From positions 49-64,048 of the forward strand of contig CAZMYU010000004.1 of assembly GCA_964570655.1 (NCBI GenBank): DNA of 64,000 nucleotides, given 5' to 3'. The DNA comes from an uncultured Gammaproteobacteria bacterium. Lineage in GTDB: Bacteria; Patescibacteriota; Patescibacteriia; Patescibacteriales; UBA12465. The notes beneath the pieces are model-generated. The model had not been told where the DNA came from. It did no database searches and saw nothing but the letters and a program-made list of their open reading frames with translations. Below, in pieces: positions 25,010 through 38,085 of the stretch. A program made the position numbers and the translations under genes. Every line of letters begins with the position of its first letter. Position 1 is the stretch's first letter.

Positions 25010-25690
25010 ATGATTTCCGAAAGACAACAAAACATTTTGAATTTAATTATCAAGGAATACATCAAAACCGCGGAACCCGTTTCGTCGGGTGTTTTGGCGT
25101 CCAAATACAAGCTCAAAGCTTCATCGGCGACTATTCGTAATGACATGATGGAATTAGAGGAAGCCGGCTATGTTTATCAACCTCATACTTCTTCTGGCCG
25201 AGTTCCCACCAAAGAAGCTTATGAGCTGTATATCAAAAATTTGCCCGAAATGGCTATCAATCCTAAAGACAAAAAAGTCTTGGATCGGGCCTTTAAGAAA
25301 GACGACTCCGATTTAAAAGCTGTGGCCAAGAGTCTCACGGATTTGGCTGGTGGCTATATTTTTTGGGGTAGCCACGATGATGTTCATTATTCGGGGCTAG
25401 CCAATTTATTTTCGCAACCAGAATTTCGGGCCGAAGAGTTGGTCGGTGATTGTTCGGCGGTGATTGATAATTTGGAAGAAATTGTCACCACTCTTTTTTC
25501 CGAATTAGATTTAGGCAGTCAGGTGTTTATTGGCGATGAAAATCCTTTTGGTGATTTCCTAAGTGCCGTAGTTTTGAAATATAAAATTAATGGCCGTCAG
25601 GGAGTTTGCGGAATACTGGGACCAGTGCGAATGGATTATCAAAAAAATCTGAGCTTAATAAATTATTTACAAAAAAAATTGTTGAATTAA
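25010..25690 (+). CDS. hrcA: Heat-inducible transcription repressor HrcA (short, 226 aa)
   Basis: SERQQNILNLIIKEYIKTAEPVSSGVLA...SSATIRNDMMELEEAGY N-terminal winged helix; gene order hrcA-grpE-dnaK. Confidence 0.85.
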   Translation: MISERQQNILNLIIKEYIKTAEPVSSGVLASKYKLKASSATIRNDMMELEEAGYVYQPHTSSGRVPTKEAYELYIKNLPEMAINPKDKKVLDRAFKKDDSDLKAVAKSLTDLAGGYIFWGSHDDVHYSGLANLFSQPEFRAEELVGDCSAVIDNLEEIVTTLFSELDLGSQVFIGDENPFGDFLSAVVLKYKINGRQGVCGILGPVRMDYQKNLSLINYLQKKLLN

Positions 25691-25708
25691 TTTGTTTGTT
25701 TAAAATAT

Positions 25709-26164
25709 ATGTCTGATAAAAAATCTAAAAAAATTGAACCGGAAATAGCTGTGGCCCAGGCTCCGCCTGAGGACTGGCAAGCCAAGTATTTGCGAGCGCT
25801 AGCTGATTATCATAATTTGGTCAAGCAAACAGCTAGTGAAAAAACAGAATTTTATGACATGGCCTTTCGGCATTTCATTGAAGAATTACTACCGATTTAT
25901 GATAATTTAAAAATGTCGGTCAGTAGTTTAAAAGAAGAGGATCACCAAAGTCCCTGGGTCGAGGGAGTCAAATATGTGATCAAACAATTTAGCGATTTTC
26001 TAGCTAGTCATGGAGTAGTTGAGATTAAAACTATCGGCGAAAAATTTGATCATGATACCATGGAAGCCTTGGAAGGACAGGGCGAGACAGTGGTCAAGGA
26101 AATAAAGGCTGGTTATAAATTAAACGACAAGGTGATTAGAGCGGCCAAAGTAATTGTGAATTAA
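25709..26164 (+). CDS. grpE: Nucleotide exchange factor GrpE (short)
   Basis: YLRALADYHNLVKQ coiled-coil, C-terminal GYKLNDKVIRAAKVIV; synteny. Confidence 0.85.
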   Translation: MSDKKSKKIEPEIAVAQAPPEDWQAKYLRALADYHNLVKQTASEKTEFYDMAFRHFIEELLPIYDNLKMSVSSLKEEDHQSPWVEGVKYVIKQFSDFLASHGVVEIKTIGEKFDHDTMEALEGQGETVVKEIKAGYKLNDKVIRAAKVIVN

Positions 26165-26182
26165 TTAAATAATTATTAAATA

Positions 26183-26214
26183 GCTGGATCCCCAATCAAG
26201 TTGGGGATGACAGA
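26183..26214. repeat. CTGTCATCC-hairpin-GGATCCAG element, copy R4 (inverted orientation)
   Basis: Reverse complement reads TCTGTCATCCCCAActtgaTTGGGGATCCAGC. Confidence 0.8.
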
Positions 26215-26224
26215 TAAAAATTAT

Positions 26225-28126
26225 ATGAGTAAAATTTTAGGAATTGATTTGGGAACGACTAATTCGGCGATGGCTATTATGGAGGGTGGTGTCCCCAAAA
26301 TTATTGAAAACATTGAAGGCAATCGGACTACTCCATCGGTAGTGGCGATGTCCAAAAATAATGAAAGGATTGTTGGCCAAACTGCTAAACGTCAGGCGGT
26401 TATTAATCCAGAAAATACTATTTATGCGCTGAAGCGTTTAATCGGTCGCCGTTTTGAAGATGAAGAAGTTGGTCGGGATCTCAAAACCATGCCTTACAAG
26501 ATCGTTAAATCTGGTGAGGGTGTTAAAGTGATCATGAACGACAAAGAATATTCTCCCCAAGAAGTATCGGCCATGATTTTAAGCAAGCTCAAAGCTGATG
26601 CCGAAGCCAAGTTGGGTGAAAAAATTACCGAAGCCATTATTACTGTGCCGGCTTATTTTGACGATTCGCAACGTCAGGCCACCAAGGACGCTGGGCTCAT
26701 TGCTGGTTTAGAAGTTAAAAGAATTATCAATGAACCAACGGCGGCCGCCCTGGCTTATGGTTTTGATAAAAAACAAGGACAGAAGATCGTGGTCTATGAT
26801 TTAGGCGGCGGTACTTTTGATGTCTCGGTTTTAGATATTTCCGCTGATACTGTTGAGGTCAAAGCTACCACTGGCGACACTCATTTGGGTGGCGAAGATT
26901 TTGATAAACGAATTATTGATTATATTATTGAAGAGTTCAAAAAAGATCAGGGCATTGATTTGTCCAAAGATACTTTGGCTCTCCAGAGAATCAAAGAGTC
27001 CGCTGAGAAAGCCAAGATTGAATTGTCCACCACCATGGAGACCGAAATTAATCAGCCTTTTATTACCACCGATCAAAACGGACCCAAGCATTTGGTGATG
27101 AAAATTAATCGGGCCAAACTGGAATCACTAGTGGCTGATTTAGTCGACAAGACGATTGCGCCTTGCAAAAAAGCTTTGGCTGATAGTGGTTTTAGTTTGA
27201 GTGATATTAATGAAGTGATTATGGTGGGTGGTATGACTCGAATGCCGCTAGTTCTCGCCAAGGTCAAAGAATTTTTTGGTAAAGAGCCAAATCTAACGGT
27301 TAATCCGGACGAAGTAGTGGCGATGGGAGCAGCGGTGCAAGCGGGCATTTTGCAGGGTGATGTCAAAGACGTTTTGCTCTTAGATGTCACTCCGTTAACT
27401 TTGGGTATTGAAACTTTAGGTGGCGTCGCTACCCCACTCATTGAAAGAAACACCACTATTCCGACCTCCAAGGCTCAGGTTTTTTCGACCGCCGCTGATA
27501 ATCAGCCGAGCGTGGAGATTCATATTTTGCAAGGTGAACGACCCATGGCTAGCGACAACAAAACTTTGGGACGATTCATTTTGGATGGTTTACCAGCGGC
27601 TCCACGAGGCGTCCCTCAAGTGGAGGTCAAATTTGATTTGGATGCTAATGGTATTTTGAATGTTTCGGCCACCGATAAAGCTACTGGCAAAATGCAGCAT
27701 ATTACTATTACCGCTTCTTCCGGACTCTCCAAAGAAGAGGTGGAAAAAATGAAAAAAGAAGCTGAACTCCATGCGGCTGAAGATCAAAAGAAAAAAGAGC
27801 AAGCCGAAATCAAAAATCAGGCTGAAGCCGTAGTCTTTACGACTGATAAATTATTAAAAGAATCTGGTGACAAAATGAAAGAAGAAGACAAAAAAGAATT
27901 GTCTGACAAGGTGGAGGAACTTCGTAAAATTAAAGACAGCGAGGCTTGGGATGATATCAAAAAGAAAATGGAAGAATTAAACGCTATTGCTCAACGCATT
28001 GGTACGGCCATGTATCAACAAAATCAAAGTGCTCCAGGTCCAGAAGCTACTCCAGGTGAAAATCCGACCGAAGAGAAAAAGGAGGGCGAGACTGTCGTGG
28101 AAGGTGAAGTGGAACCAAATAAATAA
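26225..28126 (+). CDS. dnaK: Molecular chaperone DnaK (Hsp70)
   Basis: [37 protein letters not shown]; ATG 26225 gives the canonical [10 protein letters not shown] start. Confidence 0.95.
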   Translation: MSKILGIDLGTTNSAMAIMEGGVPKIIENIEGNRTTPSVVAMSKNNERIVGQTAKRQAVINPENTIYALKRLIGRRFEDEEVGRDLKTMPYKIVKSGEGVKVIMNDKEYSPQEVSAMILSKLKADAEAKLGEKITEAIITVPAYFDDSQRQATKDAGLIAGLEVKRIINEPTAAALAYGFDKKQGQKIVVYDLGGGTFDVSVLDISADTVEVKATTGDTHLGGEDFDKRIIDYIIEEFKKDQGIDLSKDTLALQRIKESAEKAKIELSTTMETEINQPFITTDQNGPKHLVMKINRAKLESLVADLVDKTIAPCKKALADSGFSLSDINEVIMVGGMTRMPLVLAKVKEFFGKEPNLTVNPDEVVAMGAAVQAGILQGDVKDVLLLDVTPLTLGIETLGGVATPLIERNTTIPTSKAQVFSTAADNQPSVEIHILQGERPMASDNKTLGRFILDGLPAAPRGVPQVEVKFDLDANGILNVSATDKATGKMQHITITASSGLSKEEVEKMKKEAELHAAEDQKKKEQAEIKNQAEAVVFTTDKLLKESGDKMKEEDKKELSDKVEELRKIKDSEAWDDIKKKMEELNAIAQRIGTAMYQQNQSAPGPEATPGENPTEEKKEGETVVEGEVEPNK

Positions 28127-28130
28127 AATC

Positions 28131-28167
28131 TGGTGCCAGGCACCATCAATAAAGGTGCCTGGCACCA
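28131..28167. repeat. Paired 13-14-nt palindromes centred on CCAGG / CCTGG
   Basis: TGGTGCCAGGCACCA-tcaataaa-GGTGCCTGGCACCA directly after the dnaK stop. Confidence 0.85.
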
Positions 28168-28175
28168 AAAAACTT

Positions 28176-29150
28176 ATGAATTATTTTGCTCCGCCAAAAC
28201 TTTTGGTCGGGGATCAGGCGGGAATTATTTCACCTTCTGGCCCAGTTTTGAGGTTTCAAAAAGAATTATTAATAGCTAGAGATAATTTGGCCAAAGAATT
28301 AGGGCTCACTATTAATTTCTCTCCCAATGCTTTTGCCGAATTTTATTATTCCGGTGGTACGATCCAACAGCGTTTGGCTGATTTTCATGCCATGATCTTA
28401 GACCCGAAAATAAAAATAATTATATTTTCTCGAGGTGGAGGCACGGGCATTGATCTTCTGCCTGGTTTAGATTATGAGCTCATTGCTAAAAATCCCAAAA
28501 TCATTACCGGTATTTCTGATGCTACTATTATTTTGAATGCCATTAGTGCCAAGACTGGTCTTTTTACTTTTCTTGGGCCAGAACTCAAGGCTTTTGCTGA
28601 GTTTGATATGAGTTATGAAATTGAGTCGATGAGAAAGACCTGGTTTACTGATGAGGTGGGAGAAATTAAGGCCAATCCAAATTGGACTGAATTTGAAAAA
28701 ACTTTTACTACTTATCAGGGCTGGCGAACAATTAGGAAGGGTCAGGCAGTCGGTCGTTTAATTGGTGGCAACAGTAATAGTTTTAATAGAACCTTATTTA
28801 CACCTTATCAAATGGAGTTGGCTGGAAATATCTTGGTCTTGGAGTTTTACAGAGAACAAAAAAAAGGAATCCATCAATATTTTCAATCCTTAAAACTTCA
28901 AGGTGTTCTCGATAAAATATCCGGGCTGATTATTGGTTATTGTTTGGAAAGTGATCAACCCGATAAAATCGGTAATGATCGAGACATTGCTGATTTATTG
29001 CTAGAAGTAACGAGTGGCTATGATTTTCCCATTATGCAAATTGGTGAAATCGGCCATAATGTTGCTAATTTGATTTTGCCGATCGGAGCCCTGGCGGAAC
29101 TAGACGCCACTAATGCTAAGTTTATAATTAAAGAAGCTACGGTTATCTAA
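28176..29150 (+). CDS. LD-carboxypeptidase (peptidase S66, LdcA/MccF-like)
   Basis: ISPSGPV, IIIFSRGGGTG, GISDAT nucleophile motif; ATG 28176 avoids overlap with dnaK. Confidence 0.7.
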   Translation: MNYFAPPKLLVGDQAGIISPSGPVLRFQKELLIARDNLAKELGLTINFSPNAFAEFYYSGGTIQQRLADFHAMILDPKIKIIIFSRGGGTGIDLLPGLDYELIAKNPKIITGISDATIILNAISAKTGLFTFLGPELKAFAEFDMSYEIESMRKTWFTDEVGEIKANPNWTEFEKTFTTYQGWRTIRKGQAVGRLIGGNSNSFNRTLFTPYQMELAGNILVLEFYREQKKGIHQYFQSLKLQGVLDKISGLIIGYCLESDQPDKIGNDRDIADLLLEVTSGYDFPIMQIGEIGHNVANLILPIGALAELDATNAKFIIKEATVI

Positions 29151-29151
29151 T

Positions 29152-30237
29152 ATGGCCAATAAAGATTATTACGAAATTTTAGGCGTTTCCAAGTCAGCGA
29201 CTGCCGAGGAAATCAAAACTGCTTTTCGCAAAAAAGCTCATGAACATCACCCGGACAAAGGTGGTGATCAAGAAAAATTTAAAGAGCTCAACGAAGCTTA
29301 CCAGGTTTTGGGTAGCGCTGATAAACGAAAACAATACGATCAATTCGGTTCGACTTTTCAAAATGGAGCCGGTGGTTTTAATTGGCAAGATTTTGCTGGA
29401 GCTCAAGGAGGATTTTCTGGCGGGAATGTTAACTTTGAAGATTTAGGTGATCTCTTTGGTGGTTTTGGCGATATTTTTGGTTTTGGTGGCGGAAATTCTC
29501 GACGAGCTAGCCGCTCCACTCGTGGTCGAGATTTGCAAATGAATTTGACTATTGAATTTAACGAAGCTATTTTTGGAGCTGAAAAAGATATTAGTTTTGA
29601 ACGGATTAATAATTGCGAAGTTTGCAGCGGGACTGGTGGCGCCAAAAATTCTAAATTGGAAACTTGCCCAACTTGTAATGGTCGGGGAAAAGTTTACAAA
29701 GTTCAAAGAACTATTTTGGGCAATATGCAAAGCGAGGCTTTGTGCCAAAATTGTGAAGGCGTCGGCCAAATTTACAAAGAAAAATGTAGTGCTTGTCATG
29801 GAGCTGGACGTCTCCGGCAAAAGGTGAACTTCAAAGTCAAAATTCCAGCTGGTATAAATAGTGGCGAATCGATTCGTTTGGCTGGACAAGGTGAGGCCGG
29901 TACCAAGGGCGGGGGCAGTGGCGATTTGTTTTTGGAGGTTTTAATTAAGGCTCACAAAAAATTTATTCGCCAAAATTATGATATCAAAACTACCGAGAAA
30001 ATTAGTGTGAAACAAGCCATCTTGGGAGATAAGATTTCGGTCGATACCGTCTATGGTCCAGTGACTTTAAAAATTCCGGAGGGCACTCAAAGCCATACAG
30101 TTTTTCGACTTCGTGAACATGGTGTGCAAAAACTTCATAGTCGAGGCAAGGGTGATCAATTGGTGGAGGTAATTGTTAGTATTCCGAAAAGTATTAGCAA
30201 ATCTGATCGTAAATTAATTGAAGCTTTGAATTTTTAA
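29152..30237 (+). CDS. dnaJ: Co-chaperone DnaJ
   Basis: J domain with HPD, G/F-rich linker, four CxxCxGxG zinc-finger repeats. Confidence 0.95.
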   Translation: MANKDYYEILGVSKSATAEEIKTAFRKKAHEHHPDKGGDQEKFKELNEAYQVLGSADKRKQYDQFGSTFQNGAGGFNWQDFAGAQGGFSGGNVNFEDLGDLFGGFGDIFGFGGGNSRRASRSTRGRDLQMNLTIEFNEAIFGAEKDISFERINNCEVCSGTGGAKNSKLETCPTCNGRGKVYKVQRTILGNMQSEALCQNCEGVGQIYKEKCSACHGAGRLRQKVNFKVKIPAGINSGESIRLAGQGEAGTKGGGSGDLFLEVLIKAHKKFIRQNYDIKTTEKISVKQAILGDKISVDTVYGPVTLKIPEGTQSHTVFRLREHGVQKLHSRGKGDQLVEVIVSIPKSISKSDRKLIEALNF

Positions 30238-30241
30238 TATT

Positions 30242-31090
30242 ATGCTTTTTGATACTCATGCTCATCTCAATTTTCATGACTATAAAAATGATGCCGATGA
30301 AGTAATCGAGCGGTCTTTGGCTGGGGGTACCTGGCTACTAATGCCATCTTCGGAAATCAAAACTTCTCGGCGAGCCGTGGACTCTGCTAATAAATATGCC
30401 GAAGGGGTTTACGCGGCCATTGGCCTCCACCCGATTCATTTGCAAAATCTACTGGCCGAAAATCATGACGACAATGGCGATTATAAATTTGAGACTAAGG
30501 CTCAAGATTTTAGTTATCAGGAATATTATGATTTGGCCAAATCTTCAGATAAGGTTCGAGCGATTGGTGAAATCGGTTTGGATTATTATCACTTGGATAA
30601 AGATGGTGATATTTTGGCACTCAAAAACAAACAGCAAGAAGTTTTGCGCCAGCAATTAAAACTCTCGGCTGATTTAAAGTTGCCAGCCATTATTCATTGT
30701 CGTGAAGCTCATGACGATATTTATCCCATTTTACAAGAGACCAGAGAAAAATATTATTTGTCCACTGATCGGCCTTGGGCGGTTATGCATTGTTTTTCCG
30801 GCGATTTAGCTCAAGCCCAAAAATATTTTGATTTAGGACTACTTATCTCTTTTACCGGGCTCATTACTTTTAATCACTCTTGGGATGATTTGATTAGAGC
30901 CGTCCCTTTGGATAAAATAATGATTGAAACCGATTCTCCTTATATGTCCCCAATACCTTATCGGGGGCAGCGCAACGAACCATTATATGTGGAAGAAGTT
31001 GCCAAAAAAATCGCGGATTTAAAAAATTTACCATTAGAAGTTGTGAAGCAAACTATTTTTGCTACCTCTCGAAAATTTTTTAATATTTAA
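30242..31090 (+). CDS. tatD: TatD-family metal-dependent hydrolase
   Basis: FDTHAHLNF, GEIGLDY, IIHCREA, MHCFSG, ETDSPY. Confidence 0.85.
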   Translation: MLFDTHAHLNFHDYKNDADEVIERSLAGGTWLLMPSSEIKTSRRAVDSANKYAEGVYAAIGLHPIHLQNLLAENHDDNGDYKFETKAQDFSYQEYYDLAKSSDKVRAIGEIGLDYYHLDKDGDILALKNKQQEVLRQQLKLSADLKLPAIIHCREAHDDIYPILQETREKYYLSTDRPWAVMHCFSGDLAQAQKYFDLGLLISFTGLITFNHSWDDLIRAVPLDKIMIETDSPYMSPIPYRGQRNEPLYVEEVAKKIADLKNLPLEVVKQTIFATSRKFFNI

Positions 31091-31234
31091 TTTAATAATT
31101 TTTACCTCCTCACTCCCATACTCCTAATATTGGGAGTATGGGAGCGAGTTTTAAAAGAGCGCTTTTTTTGGGGGGGGGCGCTTTTTTTGGGCTTTTGTCA
31201 ATTAAAATTGTTTTAAAAATTGTTGAAAAATCTA

Positions 31235-31264
31235 TTGACGCCTGAGGGGTTTGTGAGTTATAAT
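31235..31264 (+). promoter_or_regulatory. Sigma-70-type promoter of the atp operon
   Basis: TTGACG (31235-31240), 18 nt, TATAAT (31259-31264). Confidence 0.55.
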
Positions 31265-31341
31265 GTAGGCGTCATTTATTAAAAAATGTCTAAACAAACC
31301 AGCAGGGCAAATCTTGCCCTAGTTTTGTTTGATAAGAAAAG

Positions 31342-31584
31342 ATGAGTGATCCTAAACCAAATCCCAACAATCCAAATTGGTGGGTTGAACCTTTTCAGGT
31401 TTTTATTCGCATGTCAGTGTGGATTGTTTTTCCGGTTTTGTTAGCTTCCTGGTTGGGAAAATATTTAGATCGCCAATATAATAGCCAACCCAAGTGGTTG
31501 CTGATCTGCGTTGGTTTATCGTTTATTATTTCCATCACTGGTTTAATCAAAGAAACCTTGAAGGAGTATAAAAAGATAAAATAG
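31342..31584 (+). CDS. AtpZ/AtpI-like small membrane protein of the ATP synthase operon
   Basis: Two TM segments with WLGKYLDRQYNSQP linker, position ahead of atpB. Confidence 0.55.
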   Translation: MSDPKPNPNNPNWWVEPFQVFIRMSVWIVFPVLLASWLGKYLDRQYNSQPKWLLICVGLSFIISITGLIKETLKEYKKIK

Positions 31585-31631
31585 ATTCGTTACCCAGGCC
31601 ACTAACTACCAATTACTAATTACTCAAAAAC

Positions 31632-32441
31632 ATGCCCGAGTTAATTCATGAAAATACTTTATACGCCGAACCAATTGCTCATATTGGCAATTTTGCGGTC
31701 ACCAATTCCTTGTTGAGTTCGGGGCTAGCTTTAATTATTGTTTTGATAATTGCTTTAGCTCTGAGAAAAAAAGTAAACCTGGTACCCAAGGGCGTTCAAA
31801 ATGCCATGGAGATGATGATGGAGGCATTCCTAGGAATATTTGATAGTGTTACGGGCAATCGAAAAAAATCAATGCAATTTGCTCCTTTCGTGCTTAGTTT
31901 TTTCTTTTTTGTTTTGATTAATAATTGGTTAGGGCTCATTCCTGGAGTTGGTTCCATTGGCCAAGTGGCCAAGATTGGCGAAGAGCATGTTTTTATTCCT
32001 TATTTGCGGGGAGCTACTGCCGATTTAAATACTACTTTGGCCCTAGCGATTATTTCGGTAGTGATTAGTCATATTGTGGGAGTGATTTTTGTGGGCTGGT
32101 GGAAATATTTGAACAAGTTTATAAATTTTAAAGTTTTAGCTGAGATTCCTCGGAAAATACTTAAAGAGCCGACCATCTTACTCGTTAACCCGATTAAATT
32201 TTTTGTCGGATTAATCGAGATTGTCGGGGAATTGGCCAAGATTGCCAGTTTGTCCTTTCGGTTGTTTGGCAATATTTTTGCTGGCGAGGTTTTGCTCGCA
32301 TCGATGTCGGCGATTTTAGCTTTTGGTCTGCCTATTCCTTTTATGTTTTTGGAGGTAATTGTGGGGCTCATCCAGGCTTTGATTTTTTCAATTCTGACTT
32401 TGATTTATTTATCAATTGCCACCACGGCTGAAGAACATTAG
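31632..32441 (+). CDS. atpB: F0 ATP synthase subunit a
   Basis: LSFRLFGNIFAGE with the conserved Arg; multi-TM; operon position. Confidence 0.9.
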   Translation: MPELIHENTLYAEPIAHIGNFAVTNSLLSSGLALIIVLIIALALRKKVNLVPKGVQNAMEMMMEAFLGIFDSVTGNRKKSMQFAPFVLSFFFFVLINNWLGLIPGVGSIGQVAKIGEEHVFIPYLRGATADLNTTLALAIISVVISHIVGVIFVGWWKYLNKFINFKVLAEIPRKILKEPTILLVNPIKFFVGLIEIVGELAKIASLSFRLFGNIFAGEVLLASMSAILAFGLPIPFMFLEVIVGLIQALIFSILTLIYLSIATTAEEH

Positions 32442-32462
32442 AAATTAATTAATTTATAATAA

Positions 32463-32684
<222 letters not shown>

Positions 32685-32750
32685 TGATTTGATTTTGCCC
32701 GACATTGTTTTAGATGTTGGGTAAGCCTTAAATTATTATTAATAAAAAAT

Positions 32751-33242
32751 ATGGAGTCACTTATTTCTACTTTTCATATCGACTGGAAATTACTCATTGC
32801 CCAAATTATTAATTTTGGTATTATTTTTTGGGTATTGTATCGTTTTGCTTTCAAACCTTTGACCAAAGTAATGGGCGAACGAACAGCCAAAATTGAAAAA
32901 AGCTTGGAAGAAGCCAAAAAAATTGAAGTCAAGTTGGCCAAAACTGAAGATGAGCGACAAGAAATTTTGAAAGCCACCAAAAAAGAAGCCAATGATTTGC
33001 TGGCCAAAGCTATTAAAGATGCCGAAGACAATCAGGCCAAAATAATTAGTGAGGCCAAGGCTGAGGCCCTCATAATGATGAACAAAGAAAAGGAGCGTTT
33101 GGATCTAGAACGCGCCAAGTCTTTTCAGGAATTGAAATCTCAGGTGGTTGATTTGGTAATTGAAACCAGCACCAAGGTTTTGCAGGAAAAAATGAAAGGG
33201 GCCAAGGATCGTGATTATATTATTTCCAAATTAAAAGATTAA
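32751..33242 (+). CDS. atpF: F0 ATP synthase subunit b
   Basis: N-terminal TM then long charged helix; operon position. Confidence 0.85.
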   Translation: MESLISTFHIDWKLLIAQIINFGIIFWVLYRFAFKPLTKVMGERTAKIEKSLEEAKKIEVKLAKTEDERQEILKATKKEANDLLAKAIKDAEDNQAKIISEAKAEALIMMNKEKERLDLERAKSFQELKSQVVDLVIETSTKVLQEKMKGAKDRDYIISKLKD

Positions 33243-33249
33243 TTTTTGT

Positions 33250-33651
33250 ATGTCTATTTCCGTCCGACAATATGCCAGGGCTCTCTATGAGCTAGCCCAA
33301 GATAAAAGCCCTAAAGACTTAGAGGTTTTGGTGGACAATTTTTTTGCCGGGCTAGTGGCTGATAATCAACAGTTTTTGGTACCCAAAATTATCAAAGAAT
33401 TTTCTGACTTGTGGGATAGGGAAGAAGGAAAGGTAGTGGCCACCATTCAAACAGTTAGCCCGGTCTCTCTAGAAGTCAAAGAAGCTGTGGCCAAATATTT
33501 GCAAACCAAAATTAAAACTACTAGCCTAGATTTGCAGGAAGAATTGGTGCCTGAACTTTTGGGTGGTTTTATTTTGAGATATCAAGACAAAATTTTAGAT
33601 GCCAGTTGGCAAAATACTTTAAAAAATTTAAAAAATTATTTAAATAAATAA
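33250..33651 (+). CDS. atpH: F1 ATP synthase subunit delta (short, 133 aa)
   Basis: YARALYELA start, C-terminal [17 protein letters not shown]; operon position. Confidence 0.8.
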   Translation: MSISVRQYARALYELAQDKSPKDLEVLVDNFFAGLVADNQQFLVPKIIKEFSDLWDREEGKVVATIQTVSPVSLEVKEAVAKYLQTKIKTTSLDLQEELVPELLGGFILRYQDKILDASWQNTLKNLKNYLNK

Positions 33652-33652
33652 T

Positions 33653-35161
33653 ATGTCCAAGTCCAAAGATTTGATTATCGAACAACTCAAAAATCGTTTA
33701 ATTGGCTTTGAGGCCAAAGCCGAACTCAAAAATGTCGGGCAGGTGCTCAAAATTGCCGACGGTATTGCTCTGATTTCCGGACTCTCCGGCGCCATGATGA
33801 GTGAAATTCTTATTTTTAAAACCAAGGCCCATGAAGTTTCGGGAGTGGTTTTGAATTTGGAGGAAAACCAGGTCGGGGCGATTATTTTAGGAGATTATCA
33901 ACAGATTAAAGAAGGTGATGAGGTCCTCTCTACTGGCCGTATTTTAGAAGTGCCAGTAGGTGAAGCGGTGGTTGGTCGGGTTCTCAATCCTTTGGGTTTG
34001 CCTCTTGATGGTCAAGGTGAAGTGAACACTGATAAATTTTATCCGATTGAAAAAATTGCTCCCGGGGTAATTACTCGAGCCTCAGTTAAGGAACCAGTGC
34101 AAACCGGTATTAAATCAGTTGATGCCATGATTCCAATTGGTCGAGGTCAAAGAGAGCTCATTATTGGTGACCGGCAGATTGGTAAAACGGCTTTGGCTAT
34201 TGATACGATTATCAACCAAAAAGGCCAAAACATGAAATGTATTTATGTTGGTATTGGTCAAAAAGAATCGAAGATTGCCACCATTGTAGCCAAATTACAA
34301 GAAGCCGGGGCTATGGAATATACCACGGTAGTTTTGGCCGGAGCTTCAACTCCAGCGCCACTTTTGTATATTGCTCCTTATGCGGGTTGTGCAATGGCGG
34401 AATATTTTTTGGATAAAGGTGAGGACGTTTTGATTATTTATGACGACTTGTCTAAACACGCCGTAGCTTATCGAGAAATTTCCTTGCTCTTACGTCGTCC
34501 ACCGGGCCGAGAAGCTTATCCGGGCGATGTATTTTATTTGCATTCTAGGTTGTTAGAGCGGGCTTGCAAACTCAATAAAGATTTTGGTGGTGGTTCGATC
34601 ACTGCACTCCCGATTATTGAGACTCAGGCTGGCGATGTTTCGGCTTATATTCCGACCAACGTTATTTCAATTACAGATGGACAAATTTATTTGGAGCCTG
34701 ACTTGTTTTATCAAGGTCAAAGACCAGCAGTTAATGCTGGGTTATCTGTGTCGCGGGTCGGATCTTCAGCCCAAATTAAGGCTATGAAAAAGGTGGCTGG
34801 CAAAATGCGTCTTGAGGCTGCTCAATATCGAGAACTGCAAGCTTTTGCCCAATTTGGATCAGATTTGGATGAAGATACCAAGCAGAAATTAGAGAGAGGC
34901 AAGCGCTTGTATGAAATTTTTAAACAAGATCAGTATGCGGTCATGGCGGTGGCCAAGCAAGTGCTGATTTATTTTGCCTTACTCAATGGTTTCTTGGATG
35001 ATATTGCTGTTGATGAGATCAGAAATTTTGAAGCTGGACTTATGAAATATGTAGATTTGCATAATGAAGTTTTGAATTTGATAAATGAGCAAAAAGAATT
35101 GACTGAAGAAATTGAAAAGAAATTAAAAGAGGTGATTAGTGATTATAAAAAAAGTAGATAG
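33653..35161 (+). CDS. atpA: F1 ATP synthase subunit alpha
   Basis: GDRQIGKT Walker [25 protein letters not shown]. Confidence 0.95.
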   Translation: MSKSKDLIIEQLKNRLIGFEAKAELKNVGQVLKIADGIALISGLSGAMMSEILIFKTKAHEVSGVVLNLEENQVGAIILGDYQQIKEGDEVLSTGRILEVPVGEAVVGRVLNPLGLPLDGQGEVNTDKFYPIEKIAPGVITRASVKEPVQTGIKSVDAMIPIGRGQRELIIGDRQIGKTALAIDTIINQKGQNMKCIYVGIGQKESKIATIVAKLQEAGAMEYTTVVLAGASTPAPLLYIAPYAGCAMAEYFLDKGEDVLIIYDDLSKHAVAYREISLLLRRPPGREAYPGDVFYLHSRLLERACKLNKDFGGGSITALPIIETQAGDVSAYIPTNVISITDGQIYLEPDLFYQGQRPAVNAGLSVSRVGSSAQIKAMKKVAGKMRLEAAQYRELQAFAQFGSDLDEDTKQKLERGKRLYEIFKQDQYAVMAVAKQVLIYFALLNGFLDDIAVDEIRNFEAGLMKYVDLHNEVLNLINEQKELTEEIEKKLKEVISDYKKSR

Positions 35162-35162
35162 T

Positions 35163-37504
<2,342 letters not shown>

Positions 37505-37604
37505 AAATGTGTGAGTGTGAGTAATTTGTAGTTAGGGTTAGGAATTTTTATATAAAAAATTTCCATGCGCTAATTACAAACTACAAACTACTAATTACTC
37601 ATTT

Positions 37605-38039
37605 ATGTCTGATAAAAATATCAAATTTGAAATAGTTACCCCCGAGCGAATTGTTTTGAAAGAAATGATCCGCCAATTAACTGTGCCGACTCAAAATGGG
37701 GAAATAACTATTTTGCCCGATCATATTCCCTTGGTCTCGGTTCTCAGACCCGGTGTTTTGGAAATTGTTAAAGATAGTGGTGAGCCGGAAGTAATTTCTG
37801 TTTCCGGTGGGCTACTGGAGGTTATGAAAAACAAGATTGTTATTTTGGCGGACACCGCTGAAATAGCTGCTGAATTAGACGAGGCTAGAATTGAAGAAGC
37901 CCGGGCTCGAGCGGAAGATATGAAAAAATGGAAAGACGTGGATGCCCTGCAGTTTGCTGAGGCCAACGCTCTAATTGAAAAGCAATTAGCTCGGTCGCGA
38001 GCCGTCAAAAGATGGCGTCATTTACAAAATATTAAATAA
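37605..38039 (+). CDS. atpC: F1 ATP synthase subunit epsilon
   Basis: Beta-sandwich N-domain (ILPDHIPL, SGGLLEV) plus C-terminal helices; operon position. Confidence 0.85.
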   Translation: MSDKNIKFEIVTPERIVLKEMIRQLTVPTQNGEITILPDHIPLVSVLRPGVLEIVKDSGEPEVISVSGGLLEVMKNKIVILADTAEIAAELDEARIEEARARAEDMKKWKDVDALQFAEANALIEKQLARSRAVKRWRHLQNIK

Positions 38040-38085
38040 TTTAATATATTAACCAGTCGTTCATTTTTATTAACCATTAAAAACT

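Noticed and set aside
27987-28175. Upstream extensions of track ORFs: 27987 for the LD-carboxypeptidase, 38978 for groES, 26201 for dnaK, 21431 for PBP2, 10538 for the small ORF, and 3459, 2390, 12742, 13394 and 35139.
   Set aside because: The extensions overlap upstream genes, terminators, promoters or CIRCE and encode junk-like sequence. Internal ATGs reproduce canonical N-termini.
31170-31178. G9 homopolymer between duplicated AGCGCTTTTTTT units after tatD, as a phase-variation tract
   Set aside because: It is intergenic, upstream of the atp promoter -35, with no ORF or promoter spacer affected. It looks like back-to-back terminator remnants.
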